Notes: generated from the sequence alone by a model not told the origin. DNA of 64,000 nucleotides from Balanoglossus misakiensis (GCA_040954595.2 CM082581.2:5944699-6008698); one strand, 5' to 3'; numbered from the stretch's first letter, positions 36,095-60,309 are shown. Program-made: numbers and translations.

Positions 36095-38760
36095 TTTACA
36101 CTGTGCCTGCTTGAGTTCAAGCCACAGCACTTTAACCTGCGTTGGAACTGTCCATTGGTATGGATCTCATATAACACAGTGGGTGCGAAGTGTAACTGCA
36201 AACAATGTGCTTGTTACATTGTATTACACTTGTGTGGGGTACATCATGCATGGCAGACTGCGTGTGGTATACTTTTATCACATTTCCAAGTTACACTGCC
36301 GTAACATGTATTTGTTGGCTGGGTCTCCCTGAACAGTGGAAACTATGCTGATGGCAAGAGTTGCACATGTGCAGTTAGGACCACTCTCCGGGACCCCTGT
36401 AACTGTCTTCTCCATATCCACAGACCCAAAATTAACAGTGAGAATTACGTCAGCTGGAACCAGGGCAAATGTAATGTACATACATTTCACACAGGTTCAT
36501 AACCTAAACCTCCTTTGTATCCCTGGACTAGACTAGACTGGCTTTGGTCTGACATAGCATGTCCACACTATATATTTTGAGTATACTCACAACCTACATG
36601 TACACCAGCAAAGGCCGACCTCAACTATGTTACGTGAACCCCGCAATTTGTCTTTCCCACTGTAGTCAAAAGCATTTGACAAACCAACAGTACTGCATTA
36701 TCTTCAGTCAATATAAAGTAGATTTGAAGTGACTGATATTTATTTCATGTCAAACGCGCCTACAGAAGTGTAGTTATATATATTTTAGCACCACAATATA
36801 AATATTTAAAAGCATTTTGTGTTCTGTAAGGCATTTTGATGCTTGTATTTTTAAAAGTATATACAGTACACCAATGATTTTTTACATGTTTAGGACCCTG
36901 ATCATGTCTTTTAGATTGAAGGTTTTAGTATATTTTATTAGATTATAAGAATAATCATGTATTCCTATTTAATGTAAAGTTGAAAATGATTTTAGCCTCC
37001 AGCGATATGGAGAACTATAGTTTCTTTTTACCCTATGTTTATGAACATATATGGTGTTTGGTTTTTGCCAACTGTAAGGGTTATGTTGGTGTATTTATTG
37101 CAGTGCGTACTATGACACCCATTTTTATAACGCCAGTACTTATTTTAATGCTTTTATCAAAAGTCATGGTCATATTACAAATTGTATACAGCAACTATTG
37201 TAAGATTTGTATCTGAAACATGATCCACGCCAAATCAATTTGTGAACTGAGACGTCACAAACAATTCTATTTCATGCGTCTACCGTACTTTAAATGCCAG
37301 ATGTGATTTTTACAAAGGGTTGCCCCCCAGAATTTAACAGCTGTGTCTAATAGGAGTTTTACAGTACTAGTTAGTTTTGGAGGGGGTCAAAGGTCACTTT
37401 ATGATTACCAAGATAATCATTTGTGTAATCCGTGAGATCATCTGCACCAGAAGGGCAAAATTGAGTTGATATAAAAATCACTGCAGGATATGCGCTTTGA
37501 AGATATTATTAATGGGATGGTTTTTTTGTGTGTCTTTTGATACCTCTGTCCGCTATTGAAAATGGTGATTTCATTTTCCTAGCGCAGCTGAGTCTATTAT
37601 TGATCGGTAGCTGATTATTTCGAATTCGCACTTGTTGCATTTTACGAGGATTAAAAGCGCCCAGTGAAATTGTGGCGTATGAATCAGCACGAAAGTTTCA
37701 CTGCTGTCTCCGTGAAAAGGGCTTAATTTATTTTTTAGGATGTTTTGATTTTAAATGAATCCTACGTGTTCCAGTGTTTATTTGTTGGTATGTTTGTCAT
37801 TTACAATATTCTTGAGAATTTGTACCGATATTGTTCTTTAATAAAAAAAGAACACTGCTAAATTTTGAACAAATTTTTATCTTCAATAATTTTACCATTA
37901 TACAAAGTGCTATAAATTTTTTAGGCTTCCGTGGCATTTGAAATTCACCAAAAATACAATCTTACAAAAATAAATGTATTTATGTATGCAGTTACATGTA
38001 TATTGTTTTTAATTGAAATTTGGTTTTTCACAATTCAAGAAGCAAAGAATTTCAGTACTTGATTGGAAATAAAATTAATAAACTGATATACGATGTATAA
38101 CAAAAATTTCAAGTTGCTTGTTAATGTAATTTTGTCAAGCTAATCTGTTAGCGGTTAGCAGCCCATTAATTGGCATGTCAAAAGGTGCTTGTCCAGAAAT
38201 GTGGATGATATTACAGTGACTTTGCTACAGATAAATTGCGAATGGAGTTGATACAGGGGATATGCAATTCAGAAATAGTGAAATATATTCCTTTATTGGA
38301 CAAGGGTGGTAGAAATCGCAAAAAAAAAGAATAGAAAAACGGTGGACATGTCTTGTTCACAACCCCAGTAATGCCATTTGCACACACCTCACATCTATAC
38401 ACCTCGGGCAAACATGAACAAATCATCCATTTGTAGGAGCAATCTGTACTGAGTCTTCAAGATGTTTGTAAGTGATTGGCAAAAACAGCTTAGCGGAAAG
38501 GGCCCCCAAGTCTATATGTCACAGAGACCCTTGAAAGGTTTTGCATGGAAAAAAGGGCCAATTCCAAGAAAACGTTTTTTTTTTTCAGCAGCGTGTTCTG
38601 TTACGTTGATCAAACTATTCTGTGTAAATAATATAAATGCAGGTACGATGCATAATCGCAATGTCTTTCAATTTTAATCGTTTTCAATCATGAAGAACGT
38701 ATATTGTTCTTGAAAAATTTCAAGAAAATAAATCCTAAAATGTGTACTTCATAAGCTTGA
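36095..38760 (+). other. Probable long AT-rich 3' UTR of PLC epsilon with candidate poly(A) signals
   Basis: Follows the stop codon at 36092-36094. Several AATAAA hexamers; the last (38727-38732) is followed by GT-rich sequence (tgtgtctt...gatgtgtatgttc) just before the satellite. The true 3' end is not determinable without RNA data. Confidence 0.45.
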
Positions 38761-38920
38761 ATTGTGTCTTCTGTAGATGTGTATGTTCATCACGGACTGT
38801 TTTGTACCACTCAGCCAAAACATGGAAAACGCACTATGATGTACATTATGCACCTGAATTTGTATTGCGTTATGAACCAATATGGCTGGCATTTCTTTTG
38901 TGATAGATAAACAATCTACT

Positions 38921-41900
38921 CAAATGACAATTTTTCATTTTTTGAAAAAAATCATGGGTTATAGCTCATGAAAATCACCCAAAAATGACAATTTTTCGAC
39001 TTTGCGAAAGTTCAAAATTTCTTCATTTTCTGACAAAAATCATGGGTTATAGCTCATGAAAATCATCCAAAAATGACAATTTTTCGACTTTGCGAAAGTT
39101 CAAAATTTCTTTATTTTTTGACAAAAATCATGGGTTATAGCTCATGAAAATCATCCAAAAATGACAATTTTTCGACTTTGCGAAAGTTCAAAATTTCTTC
39201 ATTTTTTGACAAAAATCATGGGTTATAGCTCATGAAAATCATCCAAAAATGACAATTTTTCGACTCTGCGAAAGTTCAAAATTTCTTCATTTTCTGACAA
39301 AAATCATGGGTTATAGCTCATGAAAATCACCCAAAATGACAATTTTTCGACTTTGCGAAAGTTCAAACATTCTTCATTTTCTGACAAAAATTATGGGTTA
39401 TAGCTCATGAAAATCACCCAAAAATGACAATTTTTCGACTTTGCGAAAGTTCAAAATTTCTTCATTTTCTGACAAAAATCATGGGTTATAGCTCATGAAA
39501 ATCATCCAAAAATGACAATTTTTCGACTTTGCGAAAGTTCAAAATTTCTTCATTTTCTGACAAAAATCATGGGTTATAGCTCATGAAAATCATCCAAAAA
39601 TGACAATTTTTCGACTTTGCGAAAGTTCAAAATTTCTTCATTTTTTGACAAAAATCATGGGTTATAGCTCATGAAAATCACCTAAAAATGACAATTTTTC
39701 GACTTTGCGAAAGTTCAAAATTTCTTCATTTTTTGACAAAAATCATGGGTTATAGCTCATGAAAATCACCCAAAAATGACAATTTTTCGACTTTGCGAAA
39801 GTTCAAAATTTCTTCATTTTCTGACAAAAATCATGGGTTATAGCTCATGAAAATCACCCAAAATGACAAATTTTCGACTTTGCGAAAGTTCAAAATTTCT
39901 TCATTTTCTGACAAAAATCATGGGTTATAGCTCATGAAAATCACCGAAAAATGACAATTTTTCGACTTTGCGAAAGTTCAAAATTTCTTCATTTTTTGAC
40001 AAAAATCATGGGTTATAGCTCATGAAAATCATCCAAAAATGACAATTTTTCGACTTTGCGAAAGTTCAAAATTTCTTCATTTTCTGACAAAAATCATGGG
40101 TTATAGCTCATGAAAATCATCCAAAAATGACAATTTTTCGACTTTGCGAAAGTTCAAAATTTCTTCATTTTCTGACAAAAATCATGGGTTATAGCTCATG
40201 AAAATCACCCAAAATGACAATTTTTCGACTTTGCGAAAGTTCAAACATTCTTCATTTTCTGACAAAAATCATGGGTTATAGCTCATGAAAATCACCCAAA
40301 AATGAAAATTTTTCGACTTTGCGAAAGTTCAAAATTTCTTCATTTTCTGACAAAAATCATGGGTTATAGCTCATGAAAATCATCCAAAAATGACAATTTT
40401 TCGACTTTGTGAAAGTTCAAAATTTCTTCATTTTTTGACAAAAATCATGGGTTATAGCTCATGAAAATCATCCAAAAATGACAATTTTTCGACTTTGCGA
40501 AAGTTCAAAATTTCTTCATTTTTTGACAAAAATCATGGGTTATAGCTCATGAAAATAACCCAAAAATGACAATTTTTCGACTTTGCGAAAGTTCAAAATT
40601 TCTTCATTTTCTGACAAAAATCATGGGTTATAGCTCATGAAAATCATCCAAAAATGACAATTTTTCGACTTTGCGAAAGTTCAAAATTTCTTCATTTTTT
40701 GACAAAAATCATGGGTTATAGCTCATGAAAATCATCCAAAAATGACAATTTTTCGACTTTGCGAAAGTTCAAAATTTCTTCATTTTCTGACAAAAATCAT
40801 GGATTATAGCTCATGAAAATCATCCAAAAATGACAATTTTTCGACTTTGCGAAAGTTCAAAATTTCTTCATTTTCTGACAAAAATCATGGGTTATAGCTC
40901 ATGAAAATCACCCAAAATGACAATTTTTCGACTTTGCGAAAGTTCAAACATTCTTCATTTTCTGACAAAAATCATGGGTTATAGCTCATGAAAATCACCC
41001 AAAAATGACAATTTTTCGACTTTGCGAAAGTTCAAAATTTCTTCATTTTCTGACAAAAATCATGGGTTATAGCTCATGAAAATCAACCAAAAATGACAAT
41101 TTTTCGACTTTGCGAAAGTTCAAAATTTCTTCATTTTTTGACAAAAATCATGGGTTATAGCTCATGAAAATCATCCAAAAATGACAATTTTTCGACTTTG
41201 GAAAAGTTCAAAATTTCTTCATTTTTTGACAAAAATCATGGGTTATAGCTCATGAAAATCATTCAAAAATGACAATTTTTCGACTTTGCGAAAGTTCAAA
41301 ATTTCTTTATTTTTTGACAAAAATCATGGGTTATAGCTCATGAAAATCATCCAAAAATGACAATTTTTCGACTTCGCGAAAGTTCAAAATTTCTTCATTT
41401 TCTGACAAAAATCATGGGTTATAGCTCATGAAAATCATCCAAAATGACAATTTTTGGACTTTGCGAAAGTTCAAAATTTCATCATTTTCTGACAAAAATC
41501 ATGGGTTATAGCTCATGCAAATCATCCAAAAATGACAATTTTTCGACTTTGCGAAAGTTCAAAATTTCTTCATTTTCTGACAAAAATCATGGGTTATAGC
41601 TCATGAAAATCATCCAAAAATGACAATTTTTCGACTTTGTGAAAGTTCAAAATTTCTTCATTTTTTGACAAAAATCATGGGTTATAGCTCATGAAAATCA
41701 TCCAAAAATGACAATTTTTCGACTTTGCGAAAGTTCAAAATTTCTTCATTTTTTGACAAAAATCATGGGTTATAGCTCATGAAAATCATCCAAAAATGAC
41801 AATTTTTCGACTTTGCGAAAGTTCAAAATTTCTTCATTTTCTGACAAAAATCATGGGTTATAGCTCATGAAAATCACCCAAAATGACAATTTTTCGACTT

Positions 41901-44900
41901 TGCGAAAGTTCAAATATTCTTCATTTTCTGACAAAAATCATGGGTTATAGCTCATGAAAATCACCCAAAAATGACAATTTTTCGACTTTGCGAAAGTTCA
42001 AAATTTCTTCATTTTTTGACAAAAATCATGGGTTATAGCTCATGAAAATCATCCAAAAATGACAATTTTTCGACTTTGGGAAAGTTCAAAATTTCTTCAT
42101 TTTTTTGACAAAAATCATGGGTTATAGCTCATGAAAATCATTCAAAAATGACAATTTTTCGACTTTGCGAAAGTTCAAAATTTCTTCATTTTTTGACAAA
42201 AATCATGGGTTATATCTCATGAAAATCATCCAAAAAAGACAATTTTTCGACTTTGCGAAAGTTCAAAATTTCTTTATTTTTTGACAAAAATCATGGGTTA
42301 TAGCTCATGAAAATCATCCAAAAATGACAATTTTTCGACTTCGCGAAAGTTCAAAATTTATTCATTTTCTGACAAAAATCATGGGTTATAGCTCATGAAA
42401 ATCATCCAAAATGACAATTTTTCGACTTTGCGAAAGTTCAAAATTTCTTCATTTTCTGACAAAAATCATGGGTTATAGCTCATGAAAATCATCCAAAAAT
42501 GACAATTTTTCGACTTTGCGAAAGTTCAAAATTTCTTCATTTTCTGACAAAAATCATGGGTTATAGCTCATGAAAATCATCCAAAAATGACAATTTTTCG
42601 ACTTTGCGAAAGTTCAAAATTTCTTCATTTTCTGACAAAAATCATGGGTTATAGCTGATGAAAATCATCCAAAAATGACAATTTTTCGACTTTGCGAAAG
42701 TTCAAAATTTCTTCATTTTTTGACAAAAATCATGGGTTATAGCTCATGAAAATCATCCAAAAATGACAATTTTTCGACTTTGCGAAAGTTCAAAATTTCT
42801 TCATTTTTTGACAAAAATCATGGGTTATAGCTCATGAAAATCATCCAAAAATGACAATTTTTCGACTTTGCGAAAGTTCAAAATTTCTTCATTTTCTGAC
42901 AAAAATCATGGGTTATAGCTCATGAAAATCACCCAAAATGACAATTTTTCGACTTTGCGAAAGTTCAAACATTCTTCATTTTCTGACAAAAATCATGGGT
43001 TATAGCTCATGAAAATCATCCAAAAATGAAAATTTTTCGACTTTGCGAAAGTTCAAAATTTCTTCATTTTTTGACAAAAATCATGGGTTATAGCTCATGA
43101 AAATCACCCAAAATGACAATTTTTCGACTTTGCGAAAGTTCAAACATTCTTCATTTTCTGACAAAAATCATGGGTTATAGCTCATGAAAATCACCCAAAA
43201 ATGACAATTTTTCGACTTTGCGAAAGTTCAAAATTTCTTCATTTTTTGACAAAAATCATGGGTTATAGCTCATGAAAATCATCCAAAAATGACAATTTTT
43301 CGACTTTGCGAAAGTTCAAAATTTCTTCATTTTTTGACAAAAATCATGGGTTATAGCTCATGAAAATCAACCAAAAATGACAATTTTTCGACTTTGCGAA
43401 AGTTCAAAATTTCTTCATTTTCTGACAAAAATCATGGGTTATAGCTCATGAAAATCATCCAAAATGACAATTTTTCGACTTTGCGAAAGTTCAAAATTTC
43501 TTCATTTTTTGACAAAAATCATGGGTTATAGCTCATGAAAATCATCCAAAAATGACAATTTTTCGACTTTGCGAAAGTTCAAAATTTCTTCATTTTTTGA
43601 CAAAAATCATGGGTTATAGCTCATGAAAATCATCCAAAAATGACAATTTTTCGACTTTGCGAAAGTTCAAAATTTCTTCATTTTCTGACAAAAATCATGG
43701 GTTATAGCTCATGAAAATCAACCAAAAATGACAATTTTTCGACTTTGCGAAAGTTCAAAATTTCTTCATTTTCTGACAAAAATCATGGGTTATAGCTCAT
43801 GAAAATCATCCAAAATGACAATTTTTCGACTTTGCGAAAGTTCAAAATTTCTTCATTTTTTGACAAAAATCATGGGTTATAGCTCATGAAAATCATCCAA
43901 AAATGACAATTTTTCGACTTTGCGAAAGTTCAAAATTTCTTCATTTTTTGACAAAAATCATGGGTTATAGCTCATGAAAATCATCCAAAAATGACAATTT
44001 TTCGACTTTGCGAAAGTTCAAAATTTCTTCATTTTCTGACAAAAATCATGGGTTATAGCTCATGAAAATCACCCAAAATGACAATTTTTCGACTTTGCGA
44101 AAGTTCAAACATTCTTCATTTTCTGACAAAAATCATGGGTTATAGCTCATGAAAATCACCCAAAAATGACAATTTTTCGACTTTGCGAAAGTTGAAAATT
44201 TCTTCATTTTTTGACAAAAATCATGGGTTATAGCTCATGAAAATCATTCAAAAATGACAATTTTTCGACTTTGCGAAAGTTCAAAATTTCTTCATTTTTT
44301 GACAAAAATCATGGGTTATAGCTCATGAAAATCACCCAAAAATGACAATGTTTCGACTTTGCGAAAGTTCAAAATTTCTTCATTTTTTGACAAAAATCAT
44401 GGGTTATAGCTCATGAAAATCATCCAAAAATGACAATTTTTCGACTTTGCGAAAGTTCAAAATTTCTTCATTTTTTGACAAAAATTATCGGTTATAGCTC
44501 ATGAAAATCATCCAAAAATGACAATTTTTCGACTTTGCGAAAGTTCAAAATTTCTTCATTTTTTGACAAAAATCATGGGTTATAGCTCATGAAAATCACC
44601 TAAAAATGACAATTTTTCGACTTTGCGAAAGTTCAAAATTTCTTCATTTTCTGACAAAAATCATGGGTTATAGCTCATGAAAATCATCCAAAAATGACAA
44701 TTTTTCGACTTTGCGAAAGTTCAAAATTTCTTCATTTTTTGACAAAAATCATGGGTTATAGCTCATGAAAATCATCCAAAAATGACCACTTTTCGACTTT
44801 GCGAAAGTTCAAAATTTCTTCATTTTTTGACAAAAATCATGGGTTATAGCTCATGAAAATCATCCAAAAATGACAATTTTTCGACTTTGCGAAAGTTCAA

Positions 44901-47900
44901 AATTTCTTCATTTTTTGACAAAAATTATCGGTTATAGCTCATGAAAATCATCCAAAAATGACAATTTTTCGACTTTGCGAAAGTTCAAAATTTCTTCATT
45001 TTTTGACAAAAATCATGGGTTATAGCTCATGAAAATCATCCAAAAATGACAATTTTTCGACTTTGCGAAAGTTCAAAATTTCTTCATTTTCTGACAAAAA
45101 TCATGGGTTATAGCTCATGAAAATCATCCAAAATGACAATTTTTCGACTTTGCGAAAGTTCAAAATTTCTTCATTTTTTGACAAAAATCATGGGTTATAG
45201 CTCATGAAAATCATCCAAAAATGACAATTTTTCGACTTTGCGAAAGTTCAAAATTTCTTCATTTTTTGACAAAAATCATGGGTTATAGCTCATGAAAATC
45301 ATCCAAAAATGACAATTTTTCGACTTTGCGAAAGTTCAAAATTTCTTCATTTTCTGACAAAAATCATGGGTTATAGCTGATGAAAATCATCCAAAAATGA
45401 CAATTTTTCGACTTTGCGAAAGTTCAAAATTTCTTCATTTTTTGACAAAAATCATGGGTTATAGCTCATGAAAATCATCCAAAAATGACAATTTTTCGAC
45501 TTTGCGAAAGTTCAAAATTTCTTCATTTTTTGACAAAAATCATGGGTTATAGCTCATGAAAATCATCCAAAAATGACAATTTTTCGACTTTGCGAAAGTT
45601 CAAAATTTCTTCATTTTCTGACAAAAATCATGGGTTATAGCTCATGAAAATCACCCAAAATGACAATTTTTCGACTTTGCGAAAGTTCAAACATTCTTCA
45701 TTTTCTGACAAAAATCATGGGTTATAGCTCATGAAAATCATCCAAAAATGAAAATTTTTCGACTTTGCGAAAGTTCAAAATTTCTTCATTTTCTGACAAA
45801 AATCATGGGTTATAGCTCATGAAAATCACCCAAAATGACAATTTTTCGACTTTGCGAAAGTTCAAAATTTCTTCATTTTTTGACAAAAATCATGGGTTAT
45901 AGCTCATGAAAATCATCCAAAAATGACAATTTTTCGACTTTGGAAAAGTTCAAAATTTCTTCATTTTTTGACAAAAATCATGGGTTATAGCTCATGAAAA
46001 TCATTCAAAAATGACAATTTTTCGACTTTGCGAAAGTTCAAATTTCTTTATTTTTTGACAAAAATCATGGGTTATAGCTCATGAAAATCATCCAAAAATG
46101 ACAATTTTTCGACTTTGCGAAAGTTCAAAATTTCTTCATTTTTTGACAAAAATCATGGGTTATAGCTCATGAAAATCAACCAAAAATGACAATTTTTCGA
46201 CTTTGCGAAAGTTCAAAATTTCTTCATTTTCTGACAAAAATCATGGGTTATAGCTCATGAAAATCATCCAAAATGACAATTTTTCGACTTTGCGAAAGTT
46301 CAAAATTTCTTCATTTTTTGACAAAAATCATGGGTTATAGCTCATGAAAATCATCCAAAAATGACAATTTTTCGACTTTGCGAAAGTTCAAAATTTCTTC
46401 ATTTTTTGACAAAAATCATGGGTTATAGCTCATGAAAATCATCCAAAAATGACAATTTTTCGACTTTGCGAAAGTTCAAAATTTCTTCATTTTCTGACAA
46501 AAATCATGGGTTATAGCTCATGAAAATCACCCAAAATGACAATTTTTCGACTTTGCGAAAGTTCAAACATTCTTCATTTTCTGACAAAAATCATGGGTTA
46601 TAGCTCATGAAAATCACCCAAAAATGACAATTTTTCGACTTTGCGAAAGTTCAAAATTTCTTCATTTTTTGACAAAAATCATGGGTTATAGCTCATGAAA
46701 ATCATCCAAAAATGACAATTTTTCGACTTTGCGAAAGTTCAAAATTTCTTCATTTTTTGACAAAAATCATGGGTTATAGCTCATGAAAATCATCCAAAAA
46801 TGACAATTTTTCGACTTTGCGAAAGTTCAAAATTTCTTCATTTTTTGACAAAAATTATCGGTTATAGCTCATGAAAATCATCCAAAAATGACAATTTTTC
46901 GACTTTGCGAAAGTTCAAAATTTCTTCATTTTTTGACAAAAATTATCGGTTATAGCTCATGAAAATCATCCAAAAATGACAATTTTTCGACTTTGCGAAA
47001 GTTCAAAATTTCTTCATTTTCTGACAAAAATCATGGGTTATAGCTCATGAAAATCATCCAAAATGACAATTTTTCGACTTTGCGAAAGTTCAAAATTTCT
47101 TCATTTTTTGACAAAAATCATGGGTTATAGCTCATGAAAATCATCCAAAAATGACAATTTTTCGACTTTGCGAAAGTTCAAAATTTCTTCATTTTTTGAC
47201 AAAAATCATGGGTTATAGCTCATGAAAATCATCCAAAAATGACAATTTTTCGACTTTGCGAAAGTTCAAAATTTCTTCATTTTTTGACAAAAATCATGGG
47301 TTATAGCTCATGAAAATCATCCAAAAATGACAATTTTTCGACTTTGCGAAAGTTCAAAATTTCTTCATTTTTTGACAAAAATCATGGGTTATAGCTCATG
47401 AAAATCATCCAAAAATGACAATTTTTCGACTTTGCGAAAGTTCAAAATTTCTTCATTTTTTGACAAAAATCATGGGTTATAGCTCATGAAAATCATCCAA
47501 AAATGACAATTGTTCGACTTTGCGAAAGTTCAAAATTTCTTCATTTTTTGACAAAAATTATCGGTTATAGCTCATGAAAATCATCCAAAAATGACAATTT
47601 TTCGACTTTGCGAAAGTTCAAAATTTCTTCATTTTCTGACAAAAATCATGGGTTATAGCTCATGAAAATCATCCAAAAATGACAATTTTTCGACTTTGCG
47701 AAAGTTCAAAATTTCTTCATTTTCTGACAAAAATCATGGGTTATAGCTCATGAAAATCATCCAAAAATGACAATTTTTCGACTTTGCGAAAGTTCAAAAT
47801 TTCTTCATTTTTTGACAAAAATTATCGGTTATAGCTCATGAAAATCATCCAAAAATGACAATTTTTCGACTTTGCGAAAGTTCAAAATTTCTTCATTTTT

Positions 47901-47945
47901 TGACAAAAATTATCGGTTATAGCTCATGAAAATCATCCAAAAATG
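38921..47945. repeat. Satellite array, 88-bp monomer (some 87 bp), ~102 copies
   Basis: Consensus AAAAATCATGGGTTATAGCTCATGAAAATCATCCAAAAATGACAATTTTTCGACTTTGCGAAAGTTCAAAATTTCTTCATTTTTTGAC. Period confirmed by CATGGGTTAT at 39041 and 39129. Head-to-tail, highly homogeneous, no unique spacers. Confidence 0.98.
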
Positions 47946-48074
47946 TATGTATGTATGTATGTATGTATGTATGTATGTATGTATGTATGTATGTATGTAT
48001 GTATGTATGTATGTATGTATGTATGTATGTATGTATGTATGTATGTATGTATGTATGTATGTATGTATGTATGT
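47943..48074. repeat. (TATG)n microsatellite fused to the end of the satellite
   Basis: ~33 perfect copies that begin at the ATG of the last truncated monomer. Confidence 0.97.
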
Positions 48075-49912
48075 ACTGTAAAAAGGATTCCCGTATTGAT
48101 GTTATTTTTTTATTTTACAAATACTGCAAGTAATGGCTCATAAGGTTATTTTTGGCAAATCCGAGCGATTGACATAAGCCAAGTAGGCGAACACTATCAC
48201 ATAAATTTTTCACCGTGTAGGCAATTCACTGGAACATCGAATTTAATTAAATTGGAAAGTCTCCTGTGTTCTCATTAAGCCATCCATTTGTAACCTACAA
48301 AACAAACACTCCAGGACAGCCAACCGTGCCGGTGAAAACACTCGACTTTTAAGTCTAATGGCTGTAACAATTTCTCCGCGACGCTTGAAGCTCACTTGAC
48401 ATAAATCTCCAACAACACACTGGGAAATGTTGTGTCGAAGCGATGGAGAGCTTAACGCAAGAGTAGTCAAATCAGAGTGCGAACTATGCTTATTTTTAGA
48501 CAACGTCTGCTCAGTGTAACCATGGATGTAATATTTCCAGTTCACCCAAACGAGTTTTATATTATTCTCATGTCGCGCCAAACCCGATTTCCAATTGGAT
48601 TGCTCGCTGATAGTGCAATGCGACTCCGTGTGATATAGCAACGCTATCTCCTATGTCATATGTTTTTTTAATTTCAGTTCGTCTGTATATTCCACAGTTA
48701 ACTCCGTCGGATTGTGTTTACATTTTCGCTGCAATAAATATGTCTTTTCAAAGATACTCATTTCACAGTTGACGTAAAGATGTCTATTACTGTCGTTACT
48801 GTGAGGATCTGATTGCACATAATCAAAATTTCCGCGAACAATTTGTTTTGAAAGGCACTTTTCTATTGCCCAAAATGTTTGGCTGAGTGGACCGCCTGAC
48901 AATGGGCCACGTGATTGTTCGGGTTATTTCGAGTTTCTTTTGAGAAAACTCAATCACTTGCAACAAGCGGAACCTGTCTTATACAATTTATCCGTGCAAT
49001 CCAAGTACAGGCGCCAGAGTTTTGATTGAAGCGTTTAGTTCTATATTTTCAAACAAATACACGATGATGAAATCCAGGTGACGCCAGCAACCCTGGGTGG
49101 TATATCTACCTTGAATGAAGAGATTTTCCGTCCAAACATGTTTTCAGAAATCCTCGGCAGTGGAGTGTTTTATGTGGTGATTTTTGTTTCAAACTATAGG
49201 TTATGTCACTTCATGTGACATACATTTGTAGGACATACAACAAAAGTTACATTTCTGTTCAACTCTAATCTAGTTTCACACAAACACTTGACAGGCAAAC
49301 CGTTGCCAAGGTAATTAACCAAGTCTCACGATTTTTTTTCCGCGAAAGGGATCGTGTCTGAATAAAAGAGGCGATACACCAGATTGTTTGCGTGTGTGTG
49401 TGTGTGAATATGAAAATAATCATCCATGTCAACGCAGCGTAATACAATTACACATAACCTCAGAGTTAACTTTCTACATTCATTTATCTCAAACTGTCGT
49501 AAATCGGAAGAGCGCACTCAAGATATAATTAAGTAACCATGACAACAATGCACTGGGAACATTTTTGTTACATTCGGAATGAATGAATGAAAATCAATGA
49601 ATTATGAATGTAAAACTTTCATTTGAGATGTCCACTCCTATTGGGAAGCTAAGTGGGCTTTTTATTCTTATTTGACACAGCAGTGCTCGCAAACAGTAGT
49701 CTCCTTCGTTTCAACAGCGTACACTCGTTCAATCATTTGATTGTGAAGCACTACCGAAGTTCAAAGATCAATTATAGGCTTCAGATATTACGTTGATGTG
49801 GGAAGAAATGGGGTGATTATAAAAAATGCTATGTTTGTGTGAAACGGAGACATGGTTGAAAGGCGATGAATAAGACTGTTATTACAGTAACATTGATTTA
49901 TGTGGTGACTTT

Positions 49913-49987
49913 GAGGAGGAGGAGGAGGGAAGGAGGGAGGGAGGGAGGGAGGGAGAGAGAGAGAGAGACACACAGAGAGAGAGAGAC

Positions 49988-50018
<31 letters not shown>

Positions 50019-50019
50019 G
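49913..50019. repeat. Compound (GGA)/(GGGA)/(GA)/(GACA) microsatellite
   Basis: Directly visible purine-rich simple repeats. Confidence 0.9.
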
Positions 50020-50750
50020 AATCTGGTCATTTTAAAACAGGCAATAATTAAAGTCTCGTCAGATTGAACACGGGACATGAATAGCGGCAGACTAAAAGCT
50101 GTAATTTGCTGCTACGTAATAATGAGTACACCGAAGTTCTACATCGCCCTTGTCATAACAGGTGCAGGGTCTAACAAAAGAAGTATACCCTATGCATTCT
50201 GATGCACTATCTCCAGTGAATACCTTATTCATAGCATCTCAACGCAGGTACAATGTACTATTCCCTTGATTAAAGTAACATGCATAAGATTGCAATCACG
50301 TCGGTATTTTTATGGCGTTTTTTTAACGGAAACACCGGTATATATATAAAGGTATGTACGAGTTTCGTCGTCGAGAAAGTCTGACTGCTTAGTTTACCAA
50401 TGCTAATTCCGTAACTCGATTAATCCGAGTTAATCTAATTCCGAGCGTTGCCATGGAAATGAGTTTAATACCTGTAATCGTCATTCGGCGGCGTATAACG
50501 TGGCTATCACACAGGCGCTCAGCACGGTGTCAGAACTAGCTCTGCGCGGTGCACGTTGGTTTTAACTGAAACCTCGGAGAGTGAGCAAACAAAAGGATAC
50601 ATCCCGATCACGTCTGCCCGGGTACATGATGTACATGTACGCAGCTCCGAAAACATCAACCCGACGACGCGATTCTCTTCACTAGCAGAGCGGATTACTA
50701 ACTAGGCAAGCTTCCATATTGGTGCCGATCTGACAGTACACGCTGCAGGC

Positions 50751-60309
<9,559 letters not shown>

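Noticed and set aside
38921-47945. CRISPR-like array
   Set aside because: Monomers are contiguous and near-identical with no unique spacers, there are no cas genes, and the context is eukaryotic. It is a satellite.
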